NCBI GenBank assembly: GCA_943789245.1
Contig: CALSTK010000004.1
Span: forward strand, 15,758 to 79,757
Length of the DNA stretch: 64,000 nt
DNA from: an uncultured Luminiphilus sp.
Lineage (GTDB): Bacteria; Pseudomonadota; Gammaproteobacteria; Pseudomonadales; Halieaceae
Direction: 5' to 3'
Made by a program: the position numbers and the translations under genes. The notes beneath the pieces were generated by a model that had not been told where the DNA came from, ran no database searches, and was given only the letters and a program-made list of their open reading frames with translations. This document shows, one piece after another, positions 1 to 8,297 of the stretch (position 1 is the stretch's first letter; every line of letters begins with the position of its first letter).

Positions 1-241
1 AAAAAGGATGGAATGTACTTAGCCAGTATTCGATCCCCTGATCATCCGCTTTTTGTCTGATTAATCAATCCCCGGCTACCTATTGGCGTAGTTGAAGGCA
101 CACAAGATGGACCAAAAACTTTAAAAAAGACGACCTAATTGCACGCATGGACACGTGCCGCTTGGTGAGTGCACTGCTAGGCTTACACGTGGGGCGACTA
201 ATGACTGATGTCGACGATAATGGGGGTGCCAGTAGAGATTC

Positions 242-697
242 ATGAAGACAATATTGCAAACCCAAAGAGATTTCGAAAGCCGCGTTGGTGAAGCTCTGTT
301 TGAGTCACAACCTGTAATAATCGATAGCGATCGAATCCAAGCCTACTGCAAGAGCCTCGACCAGCTTGACTGGTTCCATTTCGATGAGGACCAATGCCAC
401 GAGGCCGGGCTCACCAACATAATCGCGCCAGGTTCGCTGACCTTTGCTTTGGTACACTCTACTTTTTTTCAACATATCGAATTACTAGATCTTAAAGCGC
501 TTTTTGTGGGCAGTGATCGCTTTCGGGTAGTGCGCCCAGTCACGGCAAACGATTTGGTAACGCTACGAATGGCAATCGCTACTGTCGAAAGTAGACAGGA
601 AGGTTTCCGAGTGGCCTACGAATTTGAGTGGCAAGGGGCTAACGAGGCCGACCCAATATCCAATGGGATATTTCTTGTTCGATACTGGCCCAGTTAG
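242..697 (+). CDS. MaoC-like (R)-specific enoyl-CoA hydratase / hotdog-fold dehydratase
   Basis: 151 aa ORF. The central segment DWFHFDEDQCHEAGLTNIIAPGSLTFALV resembles the MaoC dehydratase motif (D-x-nP-iH-x-D...A...G...ia-G). Confidence 0.65.
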   Translation: MKTILQTQRDFESRVGEALFESQPVIIDSDRIQAYCKSLDQLDWFHFDEDQCHEAGLTNIIAPGSLTFALVHSTFFQHIELLDLKALFVGSDRFRVVRPVTANDLVTLRMAIATVESRQEGFRVAYEFEWQGANEADPISNGIFLVRYWPS

Positions 698-785
698 AAA
701 AACCTTATCAAGCGGGTTTATGGCGTGATAGACGGTAATCATTTGCACCGGCACTGCCTTCTGTTGAGATGGGCATGGGTACGTC

Positions 786-986
786 ATGCCGAAACTTGAT
801 CGCTATTTCAATATTGCAGAGCTCAGAAAAGCGGCCAAAAAAAATCTTCCAGCGCCTATCTTTCATTATCTTGACGGGGGCGCTGACGACGAATGGCCCC
901 TGCGACGAAACACCAGTGCCTTAGCGGGACGGGAAACCAGCATGTGGCCCATATCAAATAAAATCAGGCAGGCCCCAGACAAATAG
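786..986 (+). pseudogene. N-terminal fragment of an FMN-dependent alpha-hydroxy-acid (L-lactate) dehydrogenase, LldD-like, truncated
   Basis: The first ~45 aa (NIAELRKAAKKNLPAPIFHYLDGGADDEWPLRRNTSA) match the conserved N-terminus of LldD/glycolate oxidase enzymes, which are ~380 aa. Similarity is lost near nt 920 and the frame stops at 986. Confidence 0.6.
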
Positions 987-1353
987 CCTCGTAGAGTTTA
1001 ACCGTGGAGGCCAACATCACCTCTGACCAAAGCTGGGTTGTCACCCCCGCGAAAGATCACACCTGCAAACGGCAAACAGGTGACGCCCATCACGGCGCTA
1101 GATCCTCAGACGTCGCAGACCCAAGCCACCCAGCAACACAGCCACCAGCATCAACAAACCCATCGGCAGCGATTAAGCGGTTACCTACTGCGTGGTTACG
1201 GGTGGTTTATCGGCTGAAATTAAAAGGTACTCTCTCGTCATTAATAAAAGGGTGCTGCACAGGCACTCAAAGGGGCTAGCGATAGAATTTTTCAAACCTA
1301 GTCAATCGACTCTTAAACAGATAACCTCCGTGCAACGTCGTGTAATATTCGCT

Positions 1354-1398
1354 TTGACATGGTAGAGGTCGGCGGTTCGAATCCGCCTGGTCCTACCA
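1354..1398 (+). other. 3' half of a tRNA-Val(GAC): anticodon loop to CCA, with no 5' half (att-like remnant)
   Basis: Reads TTGACAT (loop, anticodon GAC) GGTAG AGGTC GGCGG-TTCGAAT-CCGCC TGGTCCT A CCA. It has a canonical T-arm, a 5-nt variable loop and discriminator A. It resembles E. coli tRNA-Val(GAC) CCTTGACATGGTGGGGGTCG..GGTTCGAGTCC...ACCA. No AGGACCA acceptor 5' strand or D-arm lies upstream. Confidence 0.6.
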
Positions 1399-1553
1399 AA
1401 ACTCGATAAAGTCTCTTCGGCACAAGGACTTACACAGCTCAGAAACTTTTGCACCTGCGACTGCAGGATAGAGAACAGGAGACTGAGCACACGATCTTTT
1501 GCATCAAAAATTGACGCGATCAGCTTTGGCCGCGACCAGGTCAACGACCCGTC

Positions 1554-2585
1554 TTATTTCGCAAACAGCGCCTCACAACCAGTCCCAGACAAGACATTAT
1601 CGAGACGCGCCTTGTCTATCTCACCAAGATTATCGTAGCGCTCTTTCAGCCATGTCAGGCATTTGGCCTGGTAGACGAAGGCTTCTTGCACCCAGGGTCT
1701 TCCGTCCAGCTCACATTCGAGCATTTTATCGCCACTCGCCACTGCATTCGCGTTTTCCAGCATGAAAGGCACGAACAGGCGACCCACTTCACACAGCAAG
1801 TCTTTGAGCGTCTCAGGAGGCGTATCCAGATCAATCCAATCAGCGTCATCGACCTCCAATCCAGAATGGTCCTCCATGGCTTCTGTCCAGGCAAAAGCAC
1901 GAGGTGAGATACGACGGGAAACCGATTGTGGTGTAGGGTCGGTCAATACCAGCATAGTCATCTGGCCAAAGCAGCCATAATCGCCGGCACCAGGGCGACT
2001 GCCCAAAAGAAACGACTGATGCTGCAGGTGTCGATCAAATACATCCAGATAGCACTCCCAGCTTTCCTCGATAAGTGGCCCGGTTATTTCGTTTGAACCC
2101 ACCACACCAATCCGGGAAATCTGCCGCTGGGCAAACATCTTGGCAAATGCCTCTGCCTCCTCGACCGTGGCTGTCATATTCCTGGCATAAGCCAGGTAAG
2201 AAGACGAGGTTTCTGTATCCAATGCTTGTGACCACCGAAAATGAAACATGCATTTAGACAACCATTCATCACCAAACTCTTCCAGCAACGCATCGATCAC
2301 AGCCAACGCCGGATCCATTGGCCGGACAGCACGCGCCGAATATTTGTCCTCGAGACGATTGATAATAGGCGTTGAATCGGCCATCACCTCTGTCAGCTCA
2401 CCGTTACGATCTGGCAATACAACATAGGGAATCAGTGGCAGCCGTGCAGGCGGAAGTGCTTCTGACTCTCGCCCCCCTGACCTGACGAATTGATAAGGAA
2501 TGCGCCGATAACGTAAAAGCGCGCGCACTTTACGCGTATACGGGGATACCGAGCTGCCTACCAGTCTCAAATCAGTCATCATCAA
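1554..2585 (-). CDS. glutathione S-transferase family protein
   Basis: 343 aa. The N-terminus LRLVGSSVSPYTRKVRALLRYRRIPYQF looks like a thioredoxin-like GST N-domain, followed by a helical C-domain. It is the last gene of the minus-strand CYP153 gene string. Confidence 0.65.
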   Translation of the reverse strand: MMMTDLRLVGSSVSPYTRKVRALLRYRRIPYQFVRSGGRESEALPPARLPLIPYVVLPDRNGELTEVMADSTPIINRLEDKYSARAVRPMDPALAVIDALLEEFGDEWLSKCMFHFRWSQALDTETSSSYLAYARNMTATVEEAEAFAKMFAQRQISRIGVVGSNEITGPLIEESWECYLDVFDRHLQHQSFLLGSRPGAGDYGCFGQMTMLVLTDPTPQSVSRRISPRAFAWTEAMEDHSGLEVDDADWIDLDTPPETLKDLLCEVGRLFVPFMLENANAVASGDKMLECELDGRPWVQEAFVYQAKCLTWLKERYDNLGEIDKARLDNVLSGTGCEALFAK

Positions 2586-2676
2586 TCCGTTGTAATAAAA
2601 GGGCGCAGCTTGGAGCTACACTAAAGCGAGGCGCGGCGGGTCAACAAAATATAAGGCAGTGGGATTGTCCTCTGGC

Positions 2677-3456
2677 TCAAGCATTTCGAATCGTCACTCC
2701 CCCGTCAACCACCAGCGTCGCGCCGGTAATGAAGCTGGCCGCAGGCAGCACGAGGCTGAGCGTTGCGTGCGCAACCTCCTCGGGCTCGGCGTAGCGGCGC
2801 AGTACCGTTCTGCGGTTGGCAAAGGTTTCCTTGTTTTCATCAGGGATATCCTGGGTGATTCCGGTGTGAACCGGGCCCGGGCAAACACAGTTGACGGTGA
2901 TACTTTCTTTGCCAAGATCCACGGCCATTGCCCTGGTTAAACCCATGGAGGCGTGCTTGGCAACGACATATGCGCTGTTAAAACGTGTTGCACCATGCGC
3001 TTCGGTCGACGCCACATTTACTATTCGAGGATGTGGTGATTTGCGCAGCCCAGGGAGGGCTGCCCGGATCGCCCAGGCCTGCGCAGTGGCCATAACATCC
3101 AGGGAGCTGTCCCAGGAATGCTCATATTCGTCACTATCGATAGCGGCAGGCAGGGCGAAACCGGCGTTGTTGACCAGGATATCCAGGCCACCAAAGTGCT
3201 CAATAACACTGCATACCGCACTCTCAACGGCCTGTCGGTCACGTAGATCGACCAGCAAAGTTAATACCTCTGCCCCGACAGACCTTACCTCCTCGGCTAC
3301 CGCTTCCAGCGCGGCCTCATTGATATCGAATATCGCCAACCTGGCGCCTTCATCGGCAAACAGGTGAGCGGTCGCCCGCCCCATGCCGCTGGCCGCGCCC
3401 GTGACAATAGCCACAGAGCCATCGATCGAACGGGAAAGTTTGCTGAGTTTCGCCAT
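2677..3456 (-). CDS. short-chain dehydrogenase/reductase (SDR)
   Basis: 259 aa with the TGAASGMG cofactor motif, NNAG, and a catalytic S...YxxxK (YVVAK). An AGGAGAG RBS lies upstream of the ATG at 3456. Confidence 0.85.
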   Translation of the reverse strand: MAKLSKLSRSIDGSVAIVTGAASGMGRATAHLFADEGARLAIFDINEAALEAVAEEVRSVGAEVLTLLVDLRDRQAVESAVCSVIEHFGGLDILVNNAGFALPAAIDSDEYEHSWDSSLDVMATAQAWAIRAALPGLRKSPHPRIVNVASTEAHGATRFNSAYVVAKHASMGLTRAMAVDLGKESITVNCVCPGPVHTGITQDIPDENKETFANRRTVLRRYAEPEEVAHATLSLVLPAASFITGATLVVDGGVTIRNA

Positions 3457-3468
3457 TGCTTACCTCTC

Positions 3469-5289
3469 CTAATAACCCGCCTCGGCCGCGAGAATTTTCT
3501 GATAAAAGTCGTCATCCAGCACCCGATATGCACCGCTGCGAGGGTGGCGCACATACACGCGGTCTTTACCCAACTTGTCCAAGTGATAGGCTTGCTCGCG
3601 CAGCTTTCCCTTCAGCAGCTTAAAGGTCACCGTGGTTTCAGTATCCTGCTGCAGACGCACGAACACTGGCCGCGCGTAGTCGGGCAGCCTGGTATCGACC
3701 AGCGCACGGAAACCGTCTATGTCAAAGTCGGTACCGGATTCAAGGGCAAAGGCCACCATCCCCGCTCTGCCCTCGGTGCCGGGTACTTCTACGCCGTAGA
3801 CATTCGCCATATTGATCTGTGGGTGGGAATTAAGCACCTCCCCTACCTCATTGGTTGACACATTTTCAGCTCGCCAGCGAAAGGTGTCGCCAGTACGATC
3901 GACAAATTGGTAGTGCTTGAGGCCCATTGCAAAGCCCACATCGATTTCGCGCACAAGATCGCCGGTATTGAACCAACGATCGCCAGGCTCCTGCACGTTC
4001 TCAATAATCTTGCTGTTGGTCGCCTCCGCATTGGTGTAACCATCGAACGGCGCTTTATCGGTGATTTTGCCAAGCAACAGCCCCGGCTCACCGGGCTTGG
4101 CCAACTCACAATGCCCAGCATCGTCCCGCACAATAGCGTCTTCATTCACGTCGTATTTAACCAGCGCAATATCAACAGACGTGGTCCCAATGGTGCGGTC
4201 CTTATTCAGAAGATTAAGAAAGGTGACATTGCCTTCACTGGAACCGTAAATCTCGCAAATGCGATCCACGTCAAAGCGGGACTTGAACTCATCCCATACG
4301 TCAGGCCTTAATCCATTGCCCACCATTTTCTGCAGCGGGTTGTTCTTCTCAGCATCACTGGGAGCCTGTGTCACCAGATAACGACACAACTCTCCCACGT
4401 ATACAAAGCTATTGGTCTGCCAGGCCTGCACCTCACTCCAGAATTTGCCGGCTGAAAAGGTCCGACGCAGGCAAACCGTGCCACCAGCGGCGATAAAACC
4501 GCACAATCCGGGGCCCAGGCCGGTGATATGGTAGATCGGCAAGCAAAGGTATAGCCGATCGCCTGGTTTGGGTCGCAGGGTAAGCTTGCCCAATAAATTG
4601 GCGGCTGTGACCAGGCGCTGGTGCTTGTATGTTGCGGCCTTGGGCAGGCCCGTTGTACCGGAAGTGAAAATGTACAGCGCCACATCGCCGGCGAGGATCC
4701 CTCGGGTTTCAGGCAGGTCCAGATCAGAATGCCCCTGCATGGCCTGACTGGCGTCGATCGCCCAGAGTGGGGCTTTGCGATCAACAGCGTCTTTCATCCA
4801 CAAGCAAGACCCATGACCCTGGCCAAAAGGCAAGCTAGCCAACTCGGGCGCCAGCACATCGGCACGCTCGTCACCTACGATACAGTGTTTGGCGTCCGTC
4901 ACTTTACAACAGTGCACCAGGGCTTCGCCGCTCAGGCTATTGTTGATGAGTGCCGCAGGGGCTCCAATCTTGGTAAGGGCCAACAACGAGATGACAAACT
5001 CGGCCCGATTTTCCATAAACAGGGCGACACCCTCGCCTTGCTTCACACCCTGCGCTTTTAGTAGATGCGCCAGCAGATTGATTTCCTGGTTCAGCTCGGT
5101 GTACGTCCACCTGCGCCCCTCGAACTCCAGGGCAGGCAAGTTACCGTGCCTACGGACCGACTCTTCAAAGATCACCCCAAGGGAAATCGCCTCATCCAGT
5201 GCGGGCATTTTGAAGCCAATGGCAGCACGAGACTGCCGTATCTCATTCAATACCCTGACGACTTCTTTCAAACTGGCAAACACTGACAT
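3469..5289 (-). CDS. long/very-long-chain acyl-CoA synthetase (FATP-type AMP-binding enzyme)
   Basis: AMP-binding motif YIFTSGTTGLPKAA, at FATP-family length. The ORF track starts at a TTG at 5301, but the ATG at 5289 (MSVFASLKEV) is the more likely start. Confidence 0.8.
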   Translation of the reverse strand: MSVFASLKEVVRVLNEIRQSRAAIGFKMPALDEAISLGVIFEESVRRHGNLPALEFEGRRWTYTELNQEINLLAHLLKAQGVKQGEGVALFMENRAEFVISLLALTKIGAPAALINNSLSGEALVHCCKVTDAKHCIVGDERADVLAPELASLPFGQGHGSCLWMKDAVDRKAPLWAIDASQAMQGHSDLDLPETRGILAGDVALYIFTSGTTGLPKAATYKHQRLVTAANLLGKLTLRPKPGDRLYLCLPIYHITGLGPGLCGFIAAGGTVCLRRTFSAGKFWSEVQAWQTNSFVYVGELCRYLVTQAPSDAEKNNPLQKMVGNGLRPDVWDEFKSRFDVDRICEIYGSSEGNVTFLNLLNKDRTIGTTSVDIALVKYDVNEDAIVRDDAGHCELAKPGEPGLLLGKITDKAPFDGYTNAEATNSKIIENVQEPGDRWFNTGDLVREIDVGFAMGLKHYQFVDRTGDTFRWRAENVSTNEVGEVLNSHPQINMANVYGVEVPGTEGRAGMVAFALESGTDFDIDGFRALVDTRLPDYARPVFVRLQQDTETTVTFKLLKGKLREQAYHLDKLGKDRVYVRHPRSGAYRVLDDDFYQKILAAEAGY

Positions 5290-5301
5290 CGGTAAAGACA
5301 A

Positions 5302-6552
5302 TTAGTTCCGCTTAACGACCACTTCAAGCTCTGAGTACCCGCGGACAAAGTTGTTACTGAGTCTCGTTGGCTCAGCCTGTACCTCAATAGATTCAAACAG
5401 GTCCAAACACTCCTCCCACAGAACACGAAGCTGCATTTCTGCTAGACGATTCCCCATACATCTGTGAATGCCAAATCCAAATGAAGCGTGATTACGCGGT
5501 GATTCTCGGTCGATTACGAACGAATCGGGGTTTTTAATCACGTCGTCGTCCCGATTAGCAGAACAATACCAAAGCACCACCTTATCGCCCTCCTTCATGC
5601 GGTGGCCTTTGAACTCAAAGTCTCGTGTAACGGTTCGTCGCATGTGCGGTAACGGCGTTTGAAAGCGAATGACCTCAGACACCATGGAAGGAATCAAGGA
5701 GGTATCGTTGCGCACCTTTTCAAGCTCACTGGGATTCTCATTAAAAAAGATGACGCCACCGGTCATTGAATTACGTGTCGTATCGTTGCCACCGACAATC
5801 AGCAACAGCAAATTGCCAATAAACATCACGGGGTCGTTAATAAGGTCTTTGGTGTTGGGGTCTTTTTGCATCAAACGAATCAGATCGAATGATTCGACGC
5901 CATCATCCAAGCGTTCTTGCCACAACTTCGAGAAGCTTTCGAAGATATCAACAGCCATCAACTGACGCTCTTCCAATGTTAGATCAGCCTTGCCGGTAAT
6001 GCGCTCATCAGACACGGCTGCGTCTGACCACATCGATAATTTTTGTCGCTCTTCCCATGGGAAGTCGAATAGTGTTGCGAGCATCTGGGTCGTTAAATTC
6101 CGTGAAACCAGCTCCACCCAATTAAAGGGTGTGTTCTCAGGTAATGACTCGAGCGCGGCACGCGTTCTGCTGCGAATCAGCGACTCAAACTCGGTTAAAT
6201 TCTTTGGCGCGACAACAGGCTGGAATGCTTTGCGCTGCAGGCTGTGACTAGGCTCGTCCATTGCAATGAAGTTTTTGATGTCTAGCTCAGGAAGTGGATC
6301 GATGATGGCAATCGATGGCTCCGATGAGAAAACCTCAGCGTTCTTTTCGATCTCGACAATGTCATCGAAACGGCTAATGGACCAAAAAGGGCCGAGATCG
6401 CCTACCGTTTGATAATGAACCGGAGACTCTTTTCGGAGACGGCTAAACAATGGCTGCCAACAGTCGAGCTCGAAGCGCTTTGGGTCGGCAACATCGATTT
6501 CGGTTAGCGGGAGGGTCAGATCTGAGGCAAATGGGTGTGTGGGTGCGTTCAT
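5302..6552 (-). CDS. cyp153: cytochrome P450, CYP153 family (alkane/terminal hydroxylase)
   Basis: Haem loop FGFGIHRCMGNRLAE. CYP153-diagnostic I-helix LLLIVGGNDTTRNSMTGG and NFIAMDEP, the regions used for CYP153 degenerate primers. The start was moved to the ATG at 6552 (MNAPTHPF), which is preceded by AGGAGA. Confidence 0.9.
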   Translation of the reverse strand: MNAPTHPFASDLTLPLTEIDVADPKRFELDCWQPLFSRLRKESPVHYQTVGDLGPFWSISRFDDIVEIEKNAEVFSSEPSIAIIDPLPELDIKNFIAMDEPSHSLQRKAFQPVVAPKNLTEFESLIRSRTRAALESLPENTPFNWVELVSRNLTTQMLATLFDFPWEERQKLSMWSDAAVSDERITGKADLTLEERQLMAVDIFESFSKLWQERLDDGVESFDLIRLMQKDPNTKDLINDPVMFIGNLLLLIVGGNDTTRNSMTGGVIFFNENPSELEKVRNDTSLIPSMVSEVIRFQTPLPHMRRTVTRDFEFKGHRMKEGDKVVLWYCSANRDDDVIKNPDSFVIDRESPRNHASFGFGIHRCMGNRLAEMQLRVLWEECLDLFESIEVQAEPTRLSNNFVRGYSELEVVVKRN

Positions 6553-6569
6553 GTTTTTTCTCCTCAGCC

Positions 6570-6911
6570 TTACATCTGGAATTCGGGTAGCGTGATGGTG
6601 GTGTCTGCTGAAACATCCGATAACGAGAGTTGGCAACTCAACCTCGAATTGTTCTCTCTGTCGGGTCGTAGGCCCAGCATGGCCTCTTCATTGGGCTCAA
6701 TCGCTCCAAACATGTGAGGGTCATTCACAAAGCAATGACACGTACCGCAAACAGCGCTGCCACCGCAGTCTGCATCAATGCCGCCGATGCCACTTTCCAA
6801 AGCAAACTCCATCACGCTCTGATGTCCTCTGCTCACTTCTACTTCACTCTGCGAACCATCTGCTTGAACAAATATAATCCTAGGCACAACTGACTCCATC
6901 ATGTCTGTCAT
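6570..6911 (-). CDS. 2Fe-2S ferredoxin (putidaredoxin/adrenodoxin type), P450 redox partner
   Basis: Cys cluster DADCGGSAVCGTCHCF and a C-terminal SRLSCQ. It lies immediately upstream of the P450 on the same strand. The start is probably the internal Met (MTDMMESV), not 6983. Confidence 0.85.
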   Translation of the reverse strand: MTDMMESVVPRIIFVQADGSQSEVEVSRGHQSVMEFALESGIGGIDADCGGSAVCGTCHCFVNDPHMFGAIEPNEEAMLGLRPDRENNSRLSCQLSLSDVSADTTITLPEFQM

Positions 6912-6994
6912 GGGCGCATGTTGAAGTAGTCGCCTTTTCTTCACTGTCTCTTTATGAGTCAATAGAGTGTCATTTAACGCCAAATTTTCTATTT

Positions 6995-7996
6995 ATGATT
7001 AAGTCGTATCATGCCCGCATTATTCATCGTGACGTTAAAAATCGCGGTATCAGCGACCGATTGCTCTTTGAAGGCACTTCTTTGACGGCAAATGACTTGT
7101 GGCATACAGCCACCCTACCCACTGATCAGTTTCTGCAAGTCATACGGAATGTCAGGGCGCTACTGGGCGAAGAGGTGTTTTTAAGTCGTGTCTACTCGGG
7201 TCCTAATATCGCCGCTCTGGGGCCCGTTGGTCTCGCCATGATGTCGAGCCCCACGTTAGGTGCCGGACTCAGCGCTTTGGTTTCGTACTTCCAGCTGGAA
7301 GCATCCTACTGGAAGCTCGATATGCGCACCTATGGCGATGTAACTCGGCTGTCCGTGGACTTTGATACCGACTTGGGAGAGCTAACGGCGCTTCATGTCA
7401 TTGTTGCGCAAATTGTTATCAGCAATTACATCGCGGATGTTGTTGGCCAAGAGCAGTCGACCATTACCTATTGCCTGCGAGAGGAAATCGCTGACTCGAT
7501 TAGCGTGGCGCCCCGAGCGATTAAAAACCGCATCAGATTGACGCCTTACTATGCGGTGGAGCTACCGACCAATCTAATTGATACACCCTCACCTTTCTTT
7601 GACGAGCAAAACTGGAACTCATCCATGCAAGATTTGGGTCGCCGGATGCAGGTGGCCTCTGAACAGCACATTAAAGTCTTTACCGATCACGTAATGCATC
7701 GACTGTGTTTTAAATCACCGGCTGGAATTACAGTGAAGGACTGCGCCTCGCATCTACACATGTCTGTCCGAACACTCAATAGACGACTGGAATCAGAAGG
7801 GACGAGTTTTACTGAGCTTAAAGTGCGCGCTGTTGACGACATAGCAAAACGCTTGCTTTTATCAGACAACTCAGTGGATGCCGTCGCCTACGAACTTGGC
7901 TACCAGAACCCCTCGAACTTTCGGCGTCGATTCAAAGAGACGAATAAGGTCTCTCCACGCAATTGGGTAGATACTCAACTCAAAATCAACGAGTAA
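6995..7996 (+). CDS. AraC-family transcriptional regulator (divergent from the ferredoxin-CYP153 operon)
   Basis: 333 aa. The C-terminal AraC HTH pair includes VKDCASHLHMSVRTLNRRLESEGTSF...ELGYQNPSNFRRRFK. Confidence 0.85.
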   Translation: MIKSYHARIIHRDVKNRGISDRLLFEGTSLTANDLWHTATLPTDQFLQVIRNVRALLGEEVFLSRVYSGPNIAALGPVGLAMMSSPTLGAGLSALVSYFQLEASYWKLDMRTYGDVTRLSVDFDTDLGELTALHVIVAQIVISNYIADVVGQEQSTITYCLREEIADSISVAPRAIKNRIRLTPYYAVELPTNLIDTPSPFFDEQNWNSSMQDLGRRMQVASEQHIKVFTDHVMHRLCFKSPAGITVKDCASHLHMSVRTLNRRLESEGTSFTELKVRAVDDIAKRLLLSDNSVDAVAYELGYQNPSNFRRRFKETNKVSPRNWVDTQLKINE

Positions 7997-8037
7997 GTGC
8001 ATTAAGTAGTGCACTTTATTTCCTCTTTAAAATTTTC

Positions 8038-8064
8038 AAATACCGCGAAGCGCGTGGTATTTTT
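8038..8064 (+). terminator. putative rho-independent terminator downstream of the AraC gene
   Basis: AAATACCGCG-aag-CGCG(tg)GTATTT stem with a 2-nt bulge, running into TTTTT. A weaker GTGCA/TGCAC hairpin lies at 7997-8014. Confidence 0.4.
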
Positions 8065-8102
8065 CAACGTGTCCTAACGTGTCTTGGTGAGTAGCTAGAG
8101 CC

Positions 8103-8237
8103 TTGACATGATAGAGGTCGCCAGTTCGAAAAACGCGACCTTAGGAGCGTTTGGTCCGCCGCAGCAAAGCGAAGGCGCCCGCAGGGTTCAATCGCCAGAG
8201 GCAATGGCGATTGAAGACAATCTGGCTGGTCCTACCA
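8103..8237 (+). repeat. tRNA-Val 3'-half-derived element, copy B: T-stem GCCAG/CTGGC separated by 97 nt instead of a 7-nt T-loop
   Basis: Starts TTGACATGATAGAGGTCGCCAGTTCGAA, which is 17/19 identical to 1354-1372, and ends TTCAATCTGGCTGGTCCTACCA. Internal hairpins are AAACGC-n10-GCGTTT and CAATCGCCA-n7-TGGCGATTG. Confidence 0.6.
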
Positions 8238-8249
8238 AACATAAAAAAG

Positions 8250-8272
8250 GCCTGCTTATAGCGGGCTTTTTT
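8250..8272 (+). terminator. rho-independent terminator immediately 3' of element copy B
   Basis: GCCTGC-ttata-GCGGGC stem (one G.U pair) followed by TTTTTT and preceded by an A-run. Confidence 0.6.
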
Positions 8273-8297
8273 GTGTTTGGAGGCTTACCACACTCTG

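Noticed and set aside
960-1398. tmRNA (ssrA) gene ending in the T-arm/ACCA at 1398
   Set aside because: There is no GGGGCUGA...UUCGAC 5' end and no G3.U70 pair (position 70 is C). No tag-peptide reading frame ending in ..LAA-stop is present in the ~400 nt upstream. A GGGGCTA at 1271 could pair only with three wobble pairs and would give a 128-nt molecule, too short for a tmRNA.
1310-1398. Complete tRNA-Val gene
   Set aside because: The sequence 5' of the anticodon loop cannot form the anticodon stem with GGTAG. No D-arm is present, and the acceptor 5' strand (AGGACCA or wobble variants at the right distance) is missing. Only the 3' half is present.
1004-1544. ORFs 1004-1279 (+) and 1302-1544 (-)
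   Set aside because: The first has low-complexity Pro/Thr/Ser/Ala-rich composition. The second runs antisense through the tRNA fragment. Neither has family resemblance or translation signals.
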